32,000 nucleotides of DNA. Origin: Bryobacteraceae bacterium. GTDB taxonomy: Bacteria > Acidobacteriota > Terriglobia > Bryobacterales > Bryobacteraceae. Position numbers and translations under genes: made by a program. The notes beneath the pieces were generated by a model, which was not told where the DNA came from, did no database searches, and saw nothing but the letters and a program-made list of their open reading frames with translations. Shown here piece by piece: positions 1-9,290 of this stretch; positions within the stretch are counted from its first letter, which is position 1, and each line of letters begins with the position of its first letter. Location: positions 1 to 32,000 of the forward strand of contig DASQZT010000132.1 in NCBI GenBank assembly GCA_035638575.1, read 5' to 3'.

Positions 1-102
1 CTTCAGCCGGTTGAGCGATTCGAAATGGGTGCGCGGCTTGCGCGCAAATTCGGGGAGCCTGGGCCGCGCGGAGGGGCCGATCTGTACCAGCGGGTCGGCC
101 AC
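1..102 (-). CDS. 5' end of an unidentified gene running off the left edge (VADPLVQIGPSARPRLPEFARKPRTHFESLNRLK...)
   Basis: GTG at 100-102 lies one nt after the TAA of the SPOR gene. 34 codons stay open to the window edge with strongly G/C-biased third positions. Too short to assign a family. Confidence 0.35.
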   Translation of the reverse strand, partial: MADPLVQIGPSARPRLPEFARKPRTHFESLNRLK

Positions 103-103
103 C

Positions 104-712
104 TTATCTCCGGAACGTGGCCAGGCGATTGAATCCGGCGCTCTCCAGCTCCGACTTGGCGCGTCCCATGGAGGCCGTGTCGGTGTACGGGCCCACCAGC
201 ACGCGCGTGAGACTGTTCGGCCCGGGACTCAGGGTGGCGGGGAAGCCCTTGTCGCGGAGCGTCTGCACCATGGCCTGGGCCGAATCGCGGTTGGCGGTGG
301 CGATGACCTGCCAGTAGGCGCCGGGCGCCAAATCGCCGGCGGCGTCGGAGGCGGAAGCGGACACCGACGGCGCGGAAGGCGGGGGGGCGGCGGGCGGCGT
401 GGCCTCGCGGGCGGGCTGGGTAACGGGTTGCGCGGGCGCTTCGGCCGGCGGGGAGTCCGCGGCCTTGGACGCCGGCGGCGTTTCCTGCGGCGGGGGGACG
501 GGCACCGGCTCGGGCCGCGTTTCCGAAGCCTTTGCCGGCGGTGGGGACCCGGCCGCCTCGGCCTGCTGCGGCTTGGCGGAGCGGGAGTTCTCACCCACTA
601 CATAGCCCATGGCAAAGGCCACGGCAAACAGGAGCACGATGACGAAAAAACCGCTCAACAACTGGCGGTTGCCCACCACCATTTCGAATTCGCCCGTCTC
701 GTGATTTCTCAT
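104..712 (-). CDS. SPOR-domain membrane-anchored protein (N-terminal TM helix, Pro/Ala-rich linker, C-terminal SPOR peptidoglycan-binding fold)
   Basis: TM segment LLSGFFVIVLLFAVAFAMGYVV, then a long P/A/E linker. The C-terminus YWQVIATANRDSAQAMVQTLRDKGFPATL...TRVLVGPYTDTASMGRAKSELESAGF matches the SPOR pattern. Starts 3 nt after the stomatin stop. Confidence 0.8.
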   Translation of the reverse strand: MRNHETGEFEMVVGNRQLLSGFFVIVLLFAVAFAMGYVVGENSRSAKPQQAEAAGSPPPAKASETRPEPVPVPPPQETPPASKAADSPPAEAPAQPVTQPAREATPPAAPPPSAPSVSASASDAAGDLAPGAYWQVIATANRDSAQAMVQTLRDKGFPATLSPGPNSLTRVLVGPYTDTASMGRAKSELESAGFNRLATFRR

Positions 713-715
713 GTC

Positions 716-1510
716 TTACGGATTTCCGGCTCCTGGCCCGGGGGCTCTGGCGAACCTGTCGAGCGCGCCCCCCAAAGATGAGAGTATATCGAGCGGCAGC
801 GGAAATACGATTGTGGTATTTTTCTCCGTGCCGATTTCGACCAGCGTCTGCAGGTAGCGGAGCTGAATGGCCGCCGGCTGTTTCTGGATGACCTCCGCGG
901 CCATGGCCAGCTTTGTGGCGGCGGTGTACTCCCCCTCGGCGTGGATGATCTTGGCGCGCCGCTCGCGTTCCGCCTCGGCCTGCCGCGCGATGGCCCGGAT
1001 CATCTGCTCGGCCAGGTCCACCTGCTTTACTTCCACCACCGTGACTTTCACGCCCCAGGGGGCCGTGTGCTGGTCGAGAATGGATTGCAGCCGCACGTTC
1101 AGTTTTTCCCGCTGGCTCAGCAGTTCGTCCAGCTCGACTTCGCCGAGCACGCTGCGCAGCGTCGTCTGTGCCAGTTGCGAGGTGGCGTAGAGGAAATCCG
1201 TAACCTCCAGCACGGCGAGCTGCGGTTCGATCACGCGAAAGTAAATCACGGCATTCACCTTCACCGTCACGTTGTCGCGGGTGACCACGTCCTGCGAAGG
1301 AACTTCGAACGCGGCGATGCGCAGCGAGATGCGCACCATGCGGTCGATGGGCGCGAAGACGAAGATGATTCCCGGTCCTTTGGGTTTTTCCAGCACGCGT
1401 CCCAGGCGGAAGATCACGCCGCGCTCGTATTCGCGCAGAATCTTGATGGAACTGAGCAGGTACAGAACGATGAAGATAATGATAATCGAGCCAAACGGAA
1501 GTGCGTCCAT
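716..1510 (-). CDS. SPFH/band-7 stomatin-like protein (slipin)
   Basis: [38 protein letters not shown]...[18 protein letters not shown]...[17 protein letters not shown] is a classic stomatin/PHB core. ATG at 1508-1510 was chosen over the 547-aa ORF extension, which overlaps nfeD out of frame. Confidence 0.9.
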   Translation of the reverse strand: MDALPFGSIIIIFIVLYLLSSIKILREYERGVIFRLGRVLEKPKGPGIIFVFAPIDRMVRISLRIAAFEVPSQDVVTRDNVTVKVNAVIYFRVIEPQLAVLEVTDFLYATSQLAQTTLRSVLGEVELDELLSQREKLNVRLQSILDQHTAPWGVKVTVVEVKQVDLAEQMIRAIARQAEAERERRAKIIHAEGEYTAATKLAMAAEVIQKQPAAIQLRYLQTLVEIGTEKNTTIVFPLPLDILSSLGGALDRFARAPGPGAGNP

Positions 1511-1512
1511 TT

Positions 1513-2820
1513 TCAGCCTCCAGTACGGTCCGGAACCGGTTCCACAGTGAGCTTCAGTTTGTCGATGGCCGTGACCTTGACGCGCGCTCCAGCGGCCACG
1601 GGCTGGAGCGCCACGGCGACCCAATACTCGCCGTGGACAAATACCATGCCGCCGGGCGCAAGCGTGGTGATGGCCGCGCCGACTTCGCCGATCATGCCTT
1701 CCGAGCCGGTCTGCACCTTGCCGCGCCGCGCGCGGACGGCCAGCGTCACCAGCAGCAGCGTAATCAGGGAGAAGGGAAGCACCAGCGCGATGGCGGTCAG
1801 CCAGTGGACGCGCATCTCCGGTATGGGGCTGTTGACCAGGGTCACGGCGCCGATCAGCAGGGACACCGCTCCGCCGACTCCCAGGACGCCGTGGGTGGGA
1901 TACTTGGCTTCCAGCGCAAACAGCACGAACCCCAGCAGCAGCATCGCCGCCCCCAGCCAGTTGATGGGCAGCACCGAGATGGCCGAGAGGCCCAGCAGCA
2001 CGCAGATGGCCCCGAACACGCCGGGCGCCACCATTCCGGGCGAGCTGAACTCCACGTAGATCAGCATGGCGCCGATGAACAGCAGCACCAGCGCGATGTT
2101 GGGATCGGCGATCGCGGAGATGAGCTTCTGCCGCGGGGAGAGCTGATAGACTTCGATGTCCGCGCCCGCCGTGTGGAGCGTCTGCGTGGTGCCGTTGAAG
2201 CGCGTGACGGTGCGGCCGTCGAGCGCCGCGAGCAGTTCGCGCTCGCCGGGCGCGACCAGGTCGATCAGGTGCTGGTCCAGCGCCTCGCGCTCGGTGAACG
2301 ATTTGCTCTCGCGGACCGCGGTTTCGGCCAGCGCGGCGTTCCGCCCGCGCTTGACGCAAATGCTGCGCATGTAAGCGGAAGCGTCGTTCTCAACCTTCTG
2401 CTTCATGACGGCGTCCATTTCGGCGCCGCCCAGCGAGACGGGATGGGCCGCGCCGGTGTTGGTGCCCGGCGCCATGGCCGCCATGTCTCCCGATTCCAGA
2501 ATGAAAAAGCCGGCCGAGGCGGCACGCCCGCCGCTGGGCGCGACATAAGTGGCCACGGGGACCGGCGAGGAGGCGATCTTCTCTATGGTCTCGCGCATCG
2601 CGTCCATCAGCCCGCCGGGCGTGTTGAGCCGGACGATGAGCAGGATGGCATTCTCTTGCTTGGCTTGCTCGATGGCGCTGGCCACGATGTCCACGGTGAT
2701 CGGGTGCACCACGCTATCGATGTCGACGACGATCACCCTGGATGCCGCAGCGCCCTGCGCCGCGAGCGCCAGCGCTAACGCAAGTATGGCACTTACTCGC
2801 AACCTATCCTCAATATACAC
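1513..2820 (-). CDS. NfeD-family membrane-bound ClpP-class serine protease (stomatin operon partner)
   Basis: Signal peptide, then the ClpP-like domain ([16 protein letters not shown]...[19 protein letters not shown]...[15 protein letters not shown]). Multiple TM helices follow, with a C-terminal NfeD OB-fold ([14 protein letters not shown]...[18 protein letters not shown]). Ends 2 nt before the stomatin start. Confidence 0.9.
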   Translation of the reverse strand: MYIEDRLRVSAILALALALAAQGAAASRVIVVDIDSVVHPITVDIVASAIEQAKQENAILLIVRLNTPGGLMDAMRETIEKIASSPVPVATYVAPSGGRAASAGFFILESGDMAAMAPGTNTGAAHPVSLGGAEMDAVMKQKVENDASAYMRSICVKRGRNAALAETAVRESKSFTEREALDQHLIDLVAPGERELLAALDGRTVTRFNGTTQTLHTAGADIEVYQLSPRQKLISAIADPNIALVLLFIGAMLIYVEFSSPGMVAPGVFGAICVLLGLSAISVLPINWLGAAMLLLGFVLFALEAKYPTHGVLGVGGAVSLLIGAVTLVNSPIPEMRVHWLTAIALVLPFSLITLLLVTLAVRARRGKVQTGSEGMIGEVGAAITTLAPGGMVFVHGEYWVAVALQPVAAGARVKVTAIDKLKLTVEPVPDRTGG

Positions 2821-2957
2821 CTTAGATACACCCCCGGGAGGCCGCGGTCTGAAATGACACTCTGGTAATTGAACTGATAGAAAGATTTAATGCCTTTTTC
2901 ACCGGAATTCGGCTATAATCGTAAGGAATACTCAAGCAGGGAGAATCGCTAACTTAC

Positions 2958-3266
2958 ATGGCTAAACGCAATCCCGAAAACGATCTGGTAGTGTCTTCCA
3001 ATGCCGCGGCTGTCCCCGCGCGCCACAAACCCGCTTCGAAGCGCGCTAAGCATTCCGCCGGGGCGCCCACAGGGGCCGTCGAGCCGGCGATGGCGCCGGA
3101 ACCAGCCCCCCTGGCAGAGGCCCCCGTGTACGTTTCCGAACCGAGCAACGCAGAAATCGCCACGCTGGCCTACTCGTTTTGGGAAGCCCGCGGTTGTCAG
3201 GGTGGCTCGCCCGCGGAAGACTGGCTGCGCGCCGAGCAGGAACTGCGAGTCCGCGTCACTGCCTGA
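2958..3266 (+). CDS. DUF2934-family small protein
   Basis: C-terminal motif IATLAYSFWEARGCQGGSPAEDWLRAEQEL is typical of DUF2934. An AT-rich upstream region carries TATAAT at 2914-2919. Confidence 0.7.
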   Translation: MAKRNPENDLVVSSNAAAVPARHKPASKRAKHSAGAPTGAVEPAMAPEPAPLAEAPVYVSEPSNAEIATLAYSFWEARGCQGGSPAEDWLRAEQELRVRVTA

Positions 3267-3269
3267 TCT

Positions 3270-3893
3270 TCATTTATATTTCCTGAGCACCGCCAGCAGG
3301 CGGCCTTGAATCATCACGTCCCGCGCCGGGACCAGAATCGGCTTGAGAGCGGAATTCGCTGGCTGGAGCCGTATCGTGTCTCCGCTTTCGCGGTAGAACC
3401 GTTTCAGCGTGGCGTCGCTCCCGGCTACCAGCGCCACCACGATGTCGCCGTCCCTCGCCTGGGCCACGCGCTCCAGCAGGATGAGGTCGCCGTCGCAGAT
3501 GTGCTCGTCGATCATCGAGTTCCCGCTCACCTCGAGGGCGTAAGTGTTGGGGTTGCCCGCAAAATCGGCGAAATTCAGCGTCTCCCGGTGCTCCACGGCC
3601 TCCACCGGCGATCCCGCCGCGATGCGCCCCAACAACGGGATTTCCGGAGCAGCGGGTCTGGTCCTCCGCGATTCCTGAAGGTACTTCGGAGTCAGCTCCA
3701 GCGAGCGGCTCTGGTTGAACCCGCGCTTGAGGTAATTCTTGCCCTCCAGCACCGAAATGTGCTTGTGCACGGTGGCCAGCGAAGCCAGATCCAGCCCTCG
3801 GGCGATCTCGTCGTAGCTCGGACAGTAGCCGTTATCGTCCAGGAAATCGGCGATGAAGTCGAGCACCTGCTTTTGCCGCTTGGTCAGTGCCAT
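3270..3893 (-). CDS. lexA: LexA SOS repressor
   Basis: N-terminal wHTH (MALTKRQKQVLDFIADFLDDNGYCPSYDEIARGL), cleavage region GRIAAGSPVEA, and S24 catalytic context (SGNSMIDEHICDGD ... TLKRF). The ATG at 3891-3893 was preferred to two in-frame ATGs 12 and 18 nt upstream. Confidence 0.92.
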   Translation of the reverse strand: MALTKRQKQVLDFIADFLDDNGYCPSYDEIARGLDLASLATVHKHISVLEGKNYLKRGFNQSRSLELTPKYLQESRRTRPAAPEIPLLGRIAAGSPVEAVEHRETLNFADFAGNPNTYALEVSGNSMIDEHICDGDLILLERVAQARDGDIVVALVAGSDATLKRFYRESGDTIRLQPANSALKPILVPARDVMIQGRLLAVLRKYK

Positions 3894-3983
3894 GTATGTC
3901 CTCATGTTCATTGTGGGCGAATAAAAAGGGAAAATCAAGCCTAAAGAAATTTCCCGCGCCGCCGATAGTCTTGGGGAGAGGCA

Positions 3984-4976
3984 TTGATGATCTCGATTCG
4001 AAACTCGATGTCCGAGTTGGAGCGCTGCCACCAGGAGCGGACCCTGGCGGTGGAATGCTACCAAACCGCCATCCAGAATCTGAGCCACTATACGATCGAG
4101 CTGGACAAGGAGATTACCGAACCCCAGCGAAAATACCTGGCTGCTCTGGCGGAGTCGCTTTCGCCGGGCACGCCGGAGGCCCTGGAGGAGAGCCAGGCCA
4201 CCTTGCGCGGCCTGCTGCGCGATTATCGCGACAAGGCGGCGGAGTTCCTCAACGAGATGCGCGAAGAGCTGGTGAGCACGACCCGCGCGCTCGAGGAGAT
4301 CCTGGACTCGCTGTCGCAGACCGATGGCGATCAAGAGCTGCGGCTCCGCAACGCCATGAGCCGTCTGCGGGACATAGCGACCTTCCCCGAGGCGTCCGGG
4401 ATTCGCGCGACGCTGCTCTCGGTGGCCGGCAACATGGAGGACAGCCTGGAGCAGATCCGGAAACAACACCAGCTTGCCATAGCCGAGTTTCAAGTGGAGA
4501 TCCGCATGCTCCACAAGCGCATCGATTCGCTGGAGGTGGCATCGTCTATCGATCAACTCACCAAGCTGTTCAACCGCCAGGAAATCGAGCAGCGGATCCG
4601 CGCCTCGCCAATCGGGTACTGCATGCTGCTGGCCAGGGTGAGCGGCATGCGCCTGGCCGAGGTCCACTTCGGCCCGGACGTGGCCGGGGAACTCGCGGGC
4701 GCATTCGCCAAACGGCTGCGCAACAGCCTCCCGATTACCGCGGTTCTCGGCCGCTGGAGCAAGGAGGAATTTGTGGCCTTGCTCACCATTCCGAAAACCC
4801 AAGCCATCAATCTCTCTAAAGTGCTTTCGGAACAGCTATCCGGCTCCTATTCCTGTCTGAAGGACGGCAAGACCGTCCGTCCGGCGCTCCAGTTGACCGT
4901 GGCGGTAGTCGAGAGCGTCGGCAACACGCCCGAGCGCATGGTCCAATGCGCAGCCGCTTTCCTCACCGGCGACTAA
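3984..4976 (+). CDS. Coiled-coil protein with a degenerate GGDEF (diguanylate-cyclase-like) C-terminal domain
   Basis: Domain entry DQLTKLFNRQEIEQRI resembles the GGDEF start D-x-LT-x-L-x-NRR. The signature position reads GRW-SKEEF-VALL (4758-4772) instead of GG[DE]EF. The N-terminal ~190 aa are heptad-rich. Confidence 0.7.
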   Translation: MMISIRNSMSELERCHQERTLAVECYQTAIQNLSHYTIELDKEITEPQRKYLAALAESLSPGTPEALEESQATLRGLLRDYRDKAAEFLNEMREELVSTTRALEEILDSLSQTDGDQELRLRNAMSRLRDIATFPEASGIRATLLSVAGNMEDSLEQIRKQHQLAIAEFQVEIRMLHKRIDSLEVASSIDQLTKLFNRQEIEQRIRASPIGYCMLLARVSGMRLAEVHFGPDVAGELAGAFAKRLRNSLPITAVLGRWSKEEFVALLTIPKTQAINLSKVLSEQLSGSYSCLKDGKTVRPALQLTVAVVESVGNTPERMVQCAAAFLTGD

Positions 4977-4983
4977 GGCCGCG

Positions 4984-7464
4984 TCACATCAAGGTCAGCG
5001 GGTCCACATCGATCATCAGCGCCGTCGCGTTCCACTTGTGGTCGAGCGCGAAGGAGCGAATCCGCTGGAGCAGCTCATTCAGCGCCTTGCGGCTGGCCGC
5101 TTTGATCAGGAACTGGTAGCGGTACTCGCTCTTGAGGCGCGCCACCGGCGCCTCCGCCGGTCCCAGGATCCTCAGTTTTTCGGGAGGCGGAACCAGCAGC
5201 GCTCCCAGCTCCGCGCTCATCCGCATGGCCATCTCCTGCTTCTCGCTGCGGACCAGCACGTTGGCCATGGCGGTGAACGGCGGATAGTGCATCATGCGGC
5301 GGAACGTCAGCTCCTTTTCGTAGAAAGCCTGATAGTCCTGCGCCGCGGCCATGCGCACGGCATAGTGGTCGGGGTTGATGGTCTGCACCAGGACGATTCC
5401 AGGAACGCTGCCGCGGCCGGCGCGGCCCGCCACCTGCGTCAGCAATTGGAAGGTCCGCTCCGCCGCGCGGAAGTCCGGCATCCCCAGTCCGACGTCGGCC
5501 GACACCACGCCCACCAGCGTCACGTTGGGAATGTCGTGCCCCTTGGCGATCATTTGCGTTCCCACCAGCACGTCGTAAAAGCCTTCGCGAAAATCGTGGA
5601 GCACGGTCTCGTACTGGCGCTTGCCCGTCACCGTATCGCGATCCAGCCGCGCGATGCGGGCGGCGGGAAACGCCTGGTGCAGCTCTTCCTCCACGCGCTC
5701 CGACCCCAGCCCCAGAAAGTAAATATGCTCGCTGGCGCACTTGGGGCAGACGCTCGGCACCTTCTCGGCATACCCGCAGACGTGGCACAACAGCCGCCGG
5801 TCCCGCTTGTGGTAGGTGAGGGTCAGCGAGCAGTTCATGCACTCCACCCTCTGGCCGCAGGAGCGGCACGCCACAAAGCTCGAAAAGCCGCGCCGGTTCA
5901 GCAGGACGATAGTCTGCTCGCCGTTCTCCAGCCGGGCGCCGAGCGCCTCCAGCAGCTTCCGCGAAAACGTGGACTGCTTGCGCGTCTCGAGAAACTCCTG
6001 GCGCATGTCGATCAGCTCCACCGTGGGCATCGGCCGCTCTTCGATCCGCCCCGGCAGTTCCAGCATGCGGTACTTCCCGCGCTCCGCGTTGTAGCGCGTT
6101 TCCAGGCTCGGCGTGGCCGACCCCAGCACCACGCACGCGCCCGCCGCCTGCGCCCGCACGATGGCCACGTCGCGCCCGTGGTAGCGCGGCGTTTCCTCCT
6201 GCTTGTAGCTGCCGTCGTGCTCTTCATCCACCACGATCAGGCCCAGGTTGCGCACCGGCGCGAACACGCCCGACCGCGTGCCTACCACCACCAAAGCCGC
6301 GCCGCTGCGGATTCTGCGCCACTGCTCGGAGCGCTCCACGTCGGTGAAGGCGCTGTGCAGGATGGCCACCTTGTCGCCGAAGCGCGAGAAAAACTGGCCG
6401 GCCATGGCCGGGGTCAGGGCGATCTCGGGAACCAGCAGCAGCGCCCCGCGCCCTTCCGCCAATGCCGCCTCGATGGCGTTCAGATACACTTCGGTCTTGC
6501 CCGACCCGGTGACGCCGTGCAACAGGAAGGTCTGGAATTGTTTGGCGGCGATGGCGTCCCGAATCGCGTCGAATGCGGCCTGCTGCGCCGGGTTCATGGC
6601 GTGCCGTACGCGAACCGGCCCGCTCCGGATGGCCGCGTTCTCCGGCCGCAGCGTGACCATCCCCTTGCGCGCCAGCGAACGCGCCGCCGCGCTCGCGTTC
6701 TTGACGGCATCCTCCAGGTCTTTCAGGTTGTGCGAGCCCGGGTGCAGCTCGAGGAAGGCCCGCAGCTCGCGCTCGGGCTTGGTCAGCTTGCCATCCGCGG
6801 CGCTCCCCGCCAGCTCCACCCGCAGGCGCTCGGCGGGCGCGCGCAGCGGATCCCGCTCGGTCTGCACCTGCTCTGCCGCGATGAACCCTTTGCGCTGGAG
6901 CGACCGCACCGCCTTGTCGGCCAGCGGCAGAGCCTTGGCCAGGTAGGCCGCCGAGAGCGGCCGCTTCTCCAGCATCCGCAGCACCTGCGCCACCGGGTCG
7001 TCGGGCGCCGAGTCCAGCAGAAGCTGGCGCGCGGCGTCCTGCCCGGCATCGGTCAGCGACCAGATCTTGCCGCGCCGGATTTCCGAGGCCAGCGGCAGCA
7101 TGGATCGCAAAACGTCCCCCAGCGGCGCGCAATAATACCCGGCGATCCACCGGCCCAGCGCCAGCAGCTCCGCATCCAGCACGGGCGTGGCGTCGATCAG
7201 CCGCAGCGCCTCCCGCGTGGCAACCGCGGGCGGCTCGTCGTGGCAGCGCAGGATGACCCCCGTCAGCTTGCGCGGGCCGAACGGCACGATGATGCGGCTG
7301 CCCGGCTGCACGCGGTGCCGCAGCGTCTCGGGCAGCTCGTAGGTGAACGGCTGATCGAGGGGGACCGGAAGGCTGACGTCGATGTAGCGGTACGTGGCAG
7401 GGCTCCTGGTTTCAGGATACACAGTGCACTGCCGTACAACGGTGCTCGGTGTGCTACGTTGCAT
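4984..7464 (-). CDS. priA: Primosomal replication-restart helicase PriA
   Basis: Walker A (LLHGVTGSGKTEVYL), DEEHD box, Cys-rich zinc insert (CRSCGQRVECMNCSLTLTYHKRDRRLLCHVCGY...CPKCAS), and a helicase C domain. Confidence 0.92.
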   Translation of the reverse strand: MQRSTPSTVVRQCTVYPETRSPATYRYIDVSLPVPLDQPFTYELPETLRHRVQPGSRIIVPFGPRKLTGVILRCHDEPPAVATREALRLIDATPVLDAELLALGRWIAGYYCAPLGDVLRSMLPLASEIRRGKIWSLTDAGQDAARQLLLDSAPDDPVAQVLRMLEKRPLSAAYLAKALPLADKAVRSLQRKGFIAAEQVQTERDPLRAPAERLRVELAGSAADGKLTKPERELRAFLELHPGSHNLKDLEDAVKNASAAARSLARKGMVTLRPENAAIRSGPVRVRHAMNPAQQAAFDAIRDAIAAKQFQTFLLHGVTGSGKTEVYLNAIEAALAEGRGALLLVPEIALTPAMAGQFFSRFGDKVAILHSAFTDVERSEQWRRIRSGAALVVVGTRSGVFAPVRNLGLIVVDEEHDGSYKQEETPRYHGRDVAIVRAQAAGACVVLGSATPSLETRYNAERGKYRMLELPGRIEERPMPTVELIDMRQEFLETRKQSTFSRKLLEALGARLENGEQTIVLLNRRGFSSFVACRSCGQRVECMNCSLTLTYHKRDRRLLCHVCGYAEKVPSVCPKCASEHIYFLGLGSERVEEELHQAFPAARIARLDRDTVTGKRQYETVLHDFREGFYDVLVGTQMIAKGHDIPNVTLVGVVSADVGLGMPDFRAAERTFQLLTQVAGRAGRGSVPGIVLVQTINPDHYAVRMAAAQDYQAFYEKELTFRRMMHYPPFTAMANVLVRSEKQEMAMRMSAELGALLVPPPEKLRILGPAEAPVARLKSEYRYQFLIKAASRKALNELLQRIRSFALDHKWNATALMIDVDPLTLM

Positions 7465-7469
7465 GGCAG

Positions 7470-8735
7470 ATGCGCATCCGGATGCTCCTATTGTGGGGCG
7501 CCGCCGTCGCGTATGGCGCCAGCGACCAGCGGCCGGCCCTGCTTTCGAAGGCGGAATCGGCCTTTGACCGTGTCCAACTGAACGCGGTGCCCGACCTGCG
7601 CGATACCACTGCTTGTGTTCAGGCGCTGGCGGCTTTCCTGCCGGCCGCCTTGCCCGACGACCTGCCGATGGTCCACTTCCGCAAGGCCTACTGCACCCTG
7701 GCGGGCGCCGCGATCACGGGCAATGCCGCCGAATTTACCGACGCCGCGTCCGAATTCGACCGGGCCATGCAGTCCTGGCCGGCCCGAACCGCCACTCGAA
7801 ATAAGCCGCCGGAGCCGATCTCCTCGGGTCTTCTTGTGCTCGCCTCCATTGCGCGCCTGAAAGCCGGGACCGACGCGGACGGCGCCGAGCTTGCCCGGAA
7901 CCAGATCGCCGCCGCCTTATCCAACCCGGTCTGCTCGTCTGCCGTGGTGCCTGCCGAATTCTGCCAGGCCGTCCTCCGGACCGGGCGCGAGTGGCTGGGC
8001 TGGATGGCATTGCGCAACGGCGACCTCGCCGGCGCCGCGAAGGAGTTTGCCGGATCTTCCTCGGGCTGGCTGGAGTGGATCGCCGGCCGCCGGGCCTTTG
8101 ACCAGGCCCGCTACCAGGAGGCCGCCTCGGCCTACCGGCGCGCCATGGAGATTCTGCATCCCGCCGTGCCGTCCTCGCTCGCCGCGCGACTCGGCCCGCC
8201 CGCCGGCCGGGCGTCCGAACTGGTGGAATTGGGTAGCGCCCAGCTTCTGGCGGGCGAAGCCAGGGAGGCCATCGCCACCTTCGATGCCGCGGTGAAAGCC
8301 GATGCTTCCGACGCGCGGGCGCTCTACTTGCGGGCTCGCGCCAAGGAGATCGCCGGCGAGACCGAGTCCGCGCTCGCCGATTACAACCTCGCCAGCCGTA
8401 CCGCGTTCGCCGGCGCCAAGGATCTGGCATCCGGCGAAGCGCACCTGTACCGGGGAATTCTCCTTTACCGCCGCAAGGGCTACGCGTTCGCCGAAGACGA
8501 ATTCTCGAGCGCGCTCAACTTCGAGATCACCGGACAGATGCGGGCCGACGCCGAAGCCTGGCGGCATCTTGCCGCGGTCGCTGGCGGCTCTTGCGGAGTG
8601 TCGCGGCAATACCTGGAGCGCGCGCTCCCCGCTGTTTCGCCCTATTTCCCCAAAGACGAAGCACGGGCGGCGCTAGCCACCTGCGCGGCCGGCTTGAGCG
8701 AGGTGAAACCGGCCGCCGCCGGCGACGCAAAATGA
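7470..8735 (+). CDS. Secreted TPR-like repeat protein
   Basis: Signal-like MRIRMLLLWGAAVAYGASDQ. Several TPR-like A/Y/L-rich helical pairs (ALYLRARAKEIAGETESALADYNLA; AHLYRGILLYRRKGYAFAEDEFSSAL). Start set at the first ATG that does not overlap priA. Confidence 0.6.
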   Translation: MRIRMLLLWGAAVAYGASDQRPALLSKAESAFDRVQLNAVPDLRDTTACVQALAAFLPAALPDDLPMVHFRKAYCTLAGAAITGNAAEFTDAASEFDRAMQSWPARTATRNKPPEPISSGLLVLASIARLKAGTDADGAELARNQIAAALSNPVCSSAVVPAEFCQAVLRTGREWLGWMALRNGDLAGAAKEFAGSSSGWLEWIAGRRAFDQARYQEAASAYRRAMEILHPAVPSSLAARLGPPAGRASELVELGSAQLLAGEAREAIATFDAAVKADASDARALYLRARAKEIAGETESALADYNLASRTAFAGAKDLASGEAHLYRGILLYRRKGYAFAEDEFSSALNFEITGQMRADAEAWRHLAAVAGGSCGVSRQYLERALPAVSPYFPKDEARAALATCAAGLSEVKPAAAGDAK

Positions 8736-8756
8736 CCGGTCACGCCGCGGACCGGT
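8735..8756 (+). terminator. Hairpin after the TPR gene (ACCGGTC-N8-GACCGGT)
   Basis: 7-bp perfect stem overlapping the stop codon, followed by TGTGTT. No strong U-tract. Confidence 0.3.
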
Positions 8757-8777
8757 TGTGTTACAGTTCAGGGTAAT

Positions 8778-9281
8778 ATGGCATCCCGAAGTGTCAACAA
8801 AGTGATCCTGCTGGGGAATCTCGGCAAGGACGCCGAGACCAAGTTCACCCCCGGCGGCGTGGCCCGATCCAGTTTCACGGTGGCGACCAGTCGCCGCTGG
8901 AAGGACAAAGAGACCGGCGAATGGAAGGAAGAGACCGACTGGCATAACGTCACCATCTGGCGCGCGGAGAATCTCGCGAACTACCTCACCAAGGGCAAGC
9001 AGGTCTACGTGGAAGGCCGCCTCCAGACTCGCAGTTACGATGACAAGGACGGGCAGAAGCGTTACTTCACGGAAGTCGTGGCCGACGAGCTGATCCTCCT
9101 GGGTGGCCGCGGCGACTCGCCCGGCGGACCCCCTGGCTCCGGCGATTTCGAACGCCCGGTTTCCATGCCCCGCTCCGCCCAGCGCTCCCAGCCGTCGGCC
9201 GCGCCGCCCGCGCCGGCCGCACCCCAAGCGCCGCCGGACGATTTCAACCAGGGCATCACGGACGACGACGTGCCGTTCTGA
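8778..9281 (+). CDS. ssb: Single-stranded DNA-binding protein
   Basis: OB-fold (VNKVILLGNLGKDAETKFTPGG...WHNVTIWRAENLANYLTKGKQVYVEGRLQTRSYDDKDGQKRYFTEVVA), a Pro/Gly/Ala-rich linker, and the acidic tip GITDDDVPF. Confidence 0.95.
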   Translation: MASRSVNKVILLGNLGKDAETKFTPGGVARSSFTVATSRRWKDKETGEWKEETDWHNVTIWRAENLANYLTKGKQVYVEGRLQTRSYDDKDGQKRYFTEVVADELILLGGRGDSPGGPPGSGDFERPVSMPRSAQRSQPSAAPPAPAAPQAPPDDFNQGITDDDVPF

Positions 9282-9290
9282 TCTTCTCCC

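Noticed and set aside
3894-3983. Search for a known LexA operator upstream of lexA (GTTC-N7-GTTC reported for Acidobacterium/Alphaproteobacteria, GAAC-N4-GTTC, CTGT-N8-ACAG)
   Set aside because: Only a single GTTC (3906-3909) without a correctly spaced partner was found. No SOS box is claimed.
716-4802. Over-long ORF calls 716-2359 (547 aa) and 3270-4802 (510 aa)
   Set aside because: Only the C-terminal parts are stomatin and LexA respectively. The upstream extensions are Arg/Gly-rich and run antisense or out of frame through nfeD and the GGDEF gene. Internal ATGs at 1510 and 3893 give canonical N-termini.
5038-7581. 847-aa plus-strand ORF covering priA
   Set aside because: It is antisense to a gene with unmistakable PriA motifs. 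The translation is R/G/H/Q/L-rich low-information sequence. Long open antisense frames are expected at this GC content.
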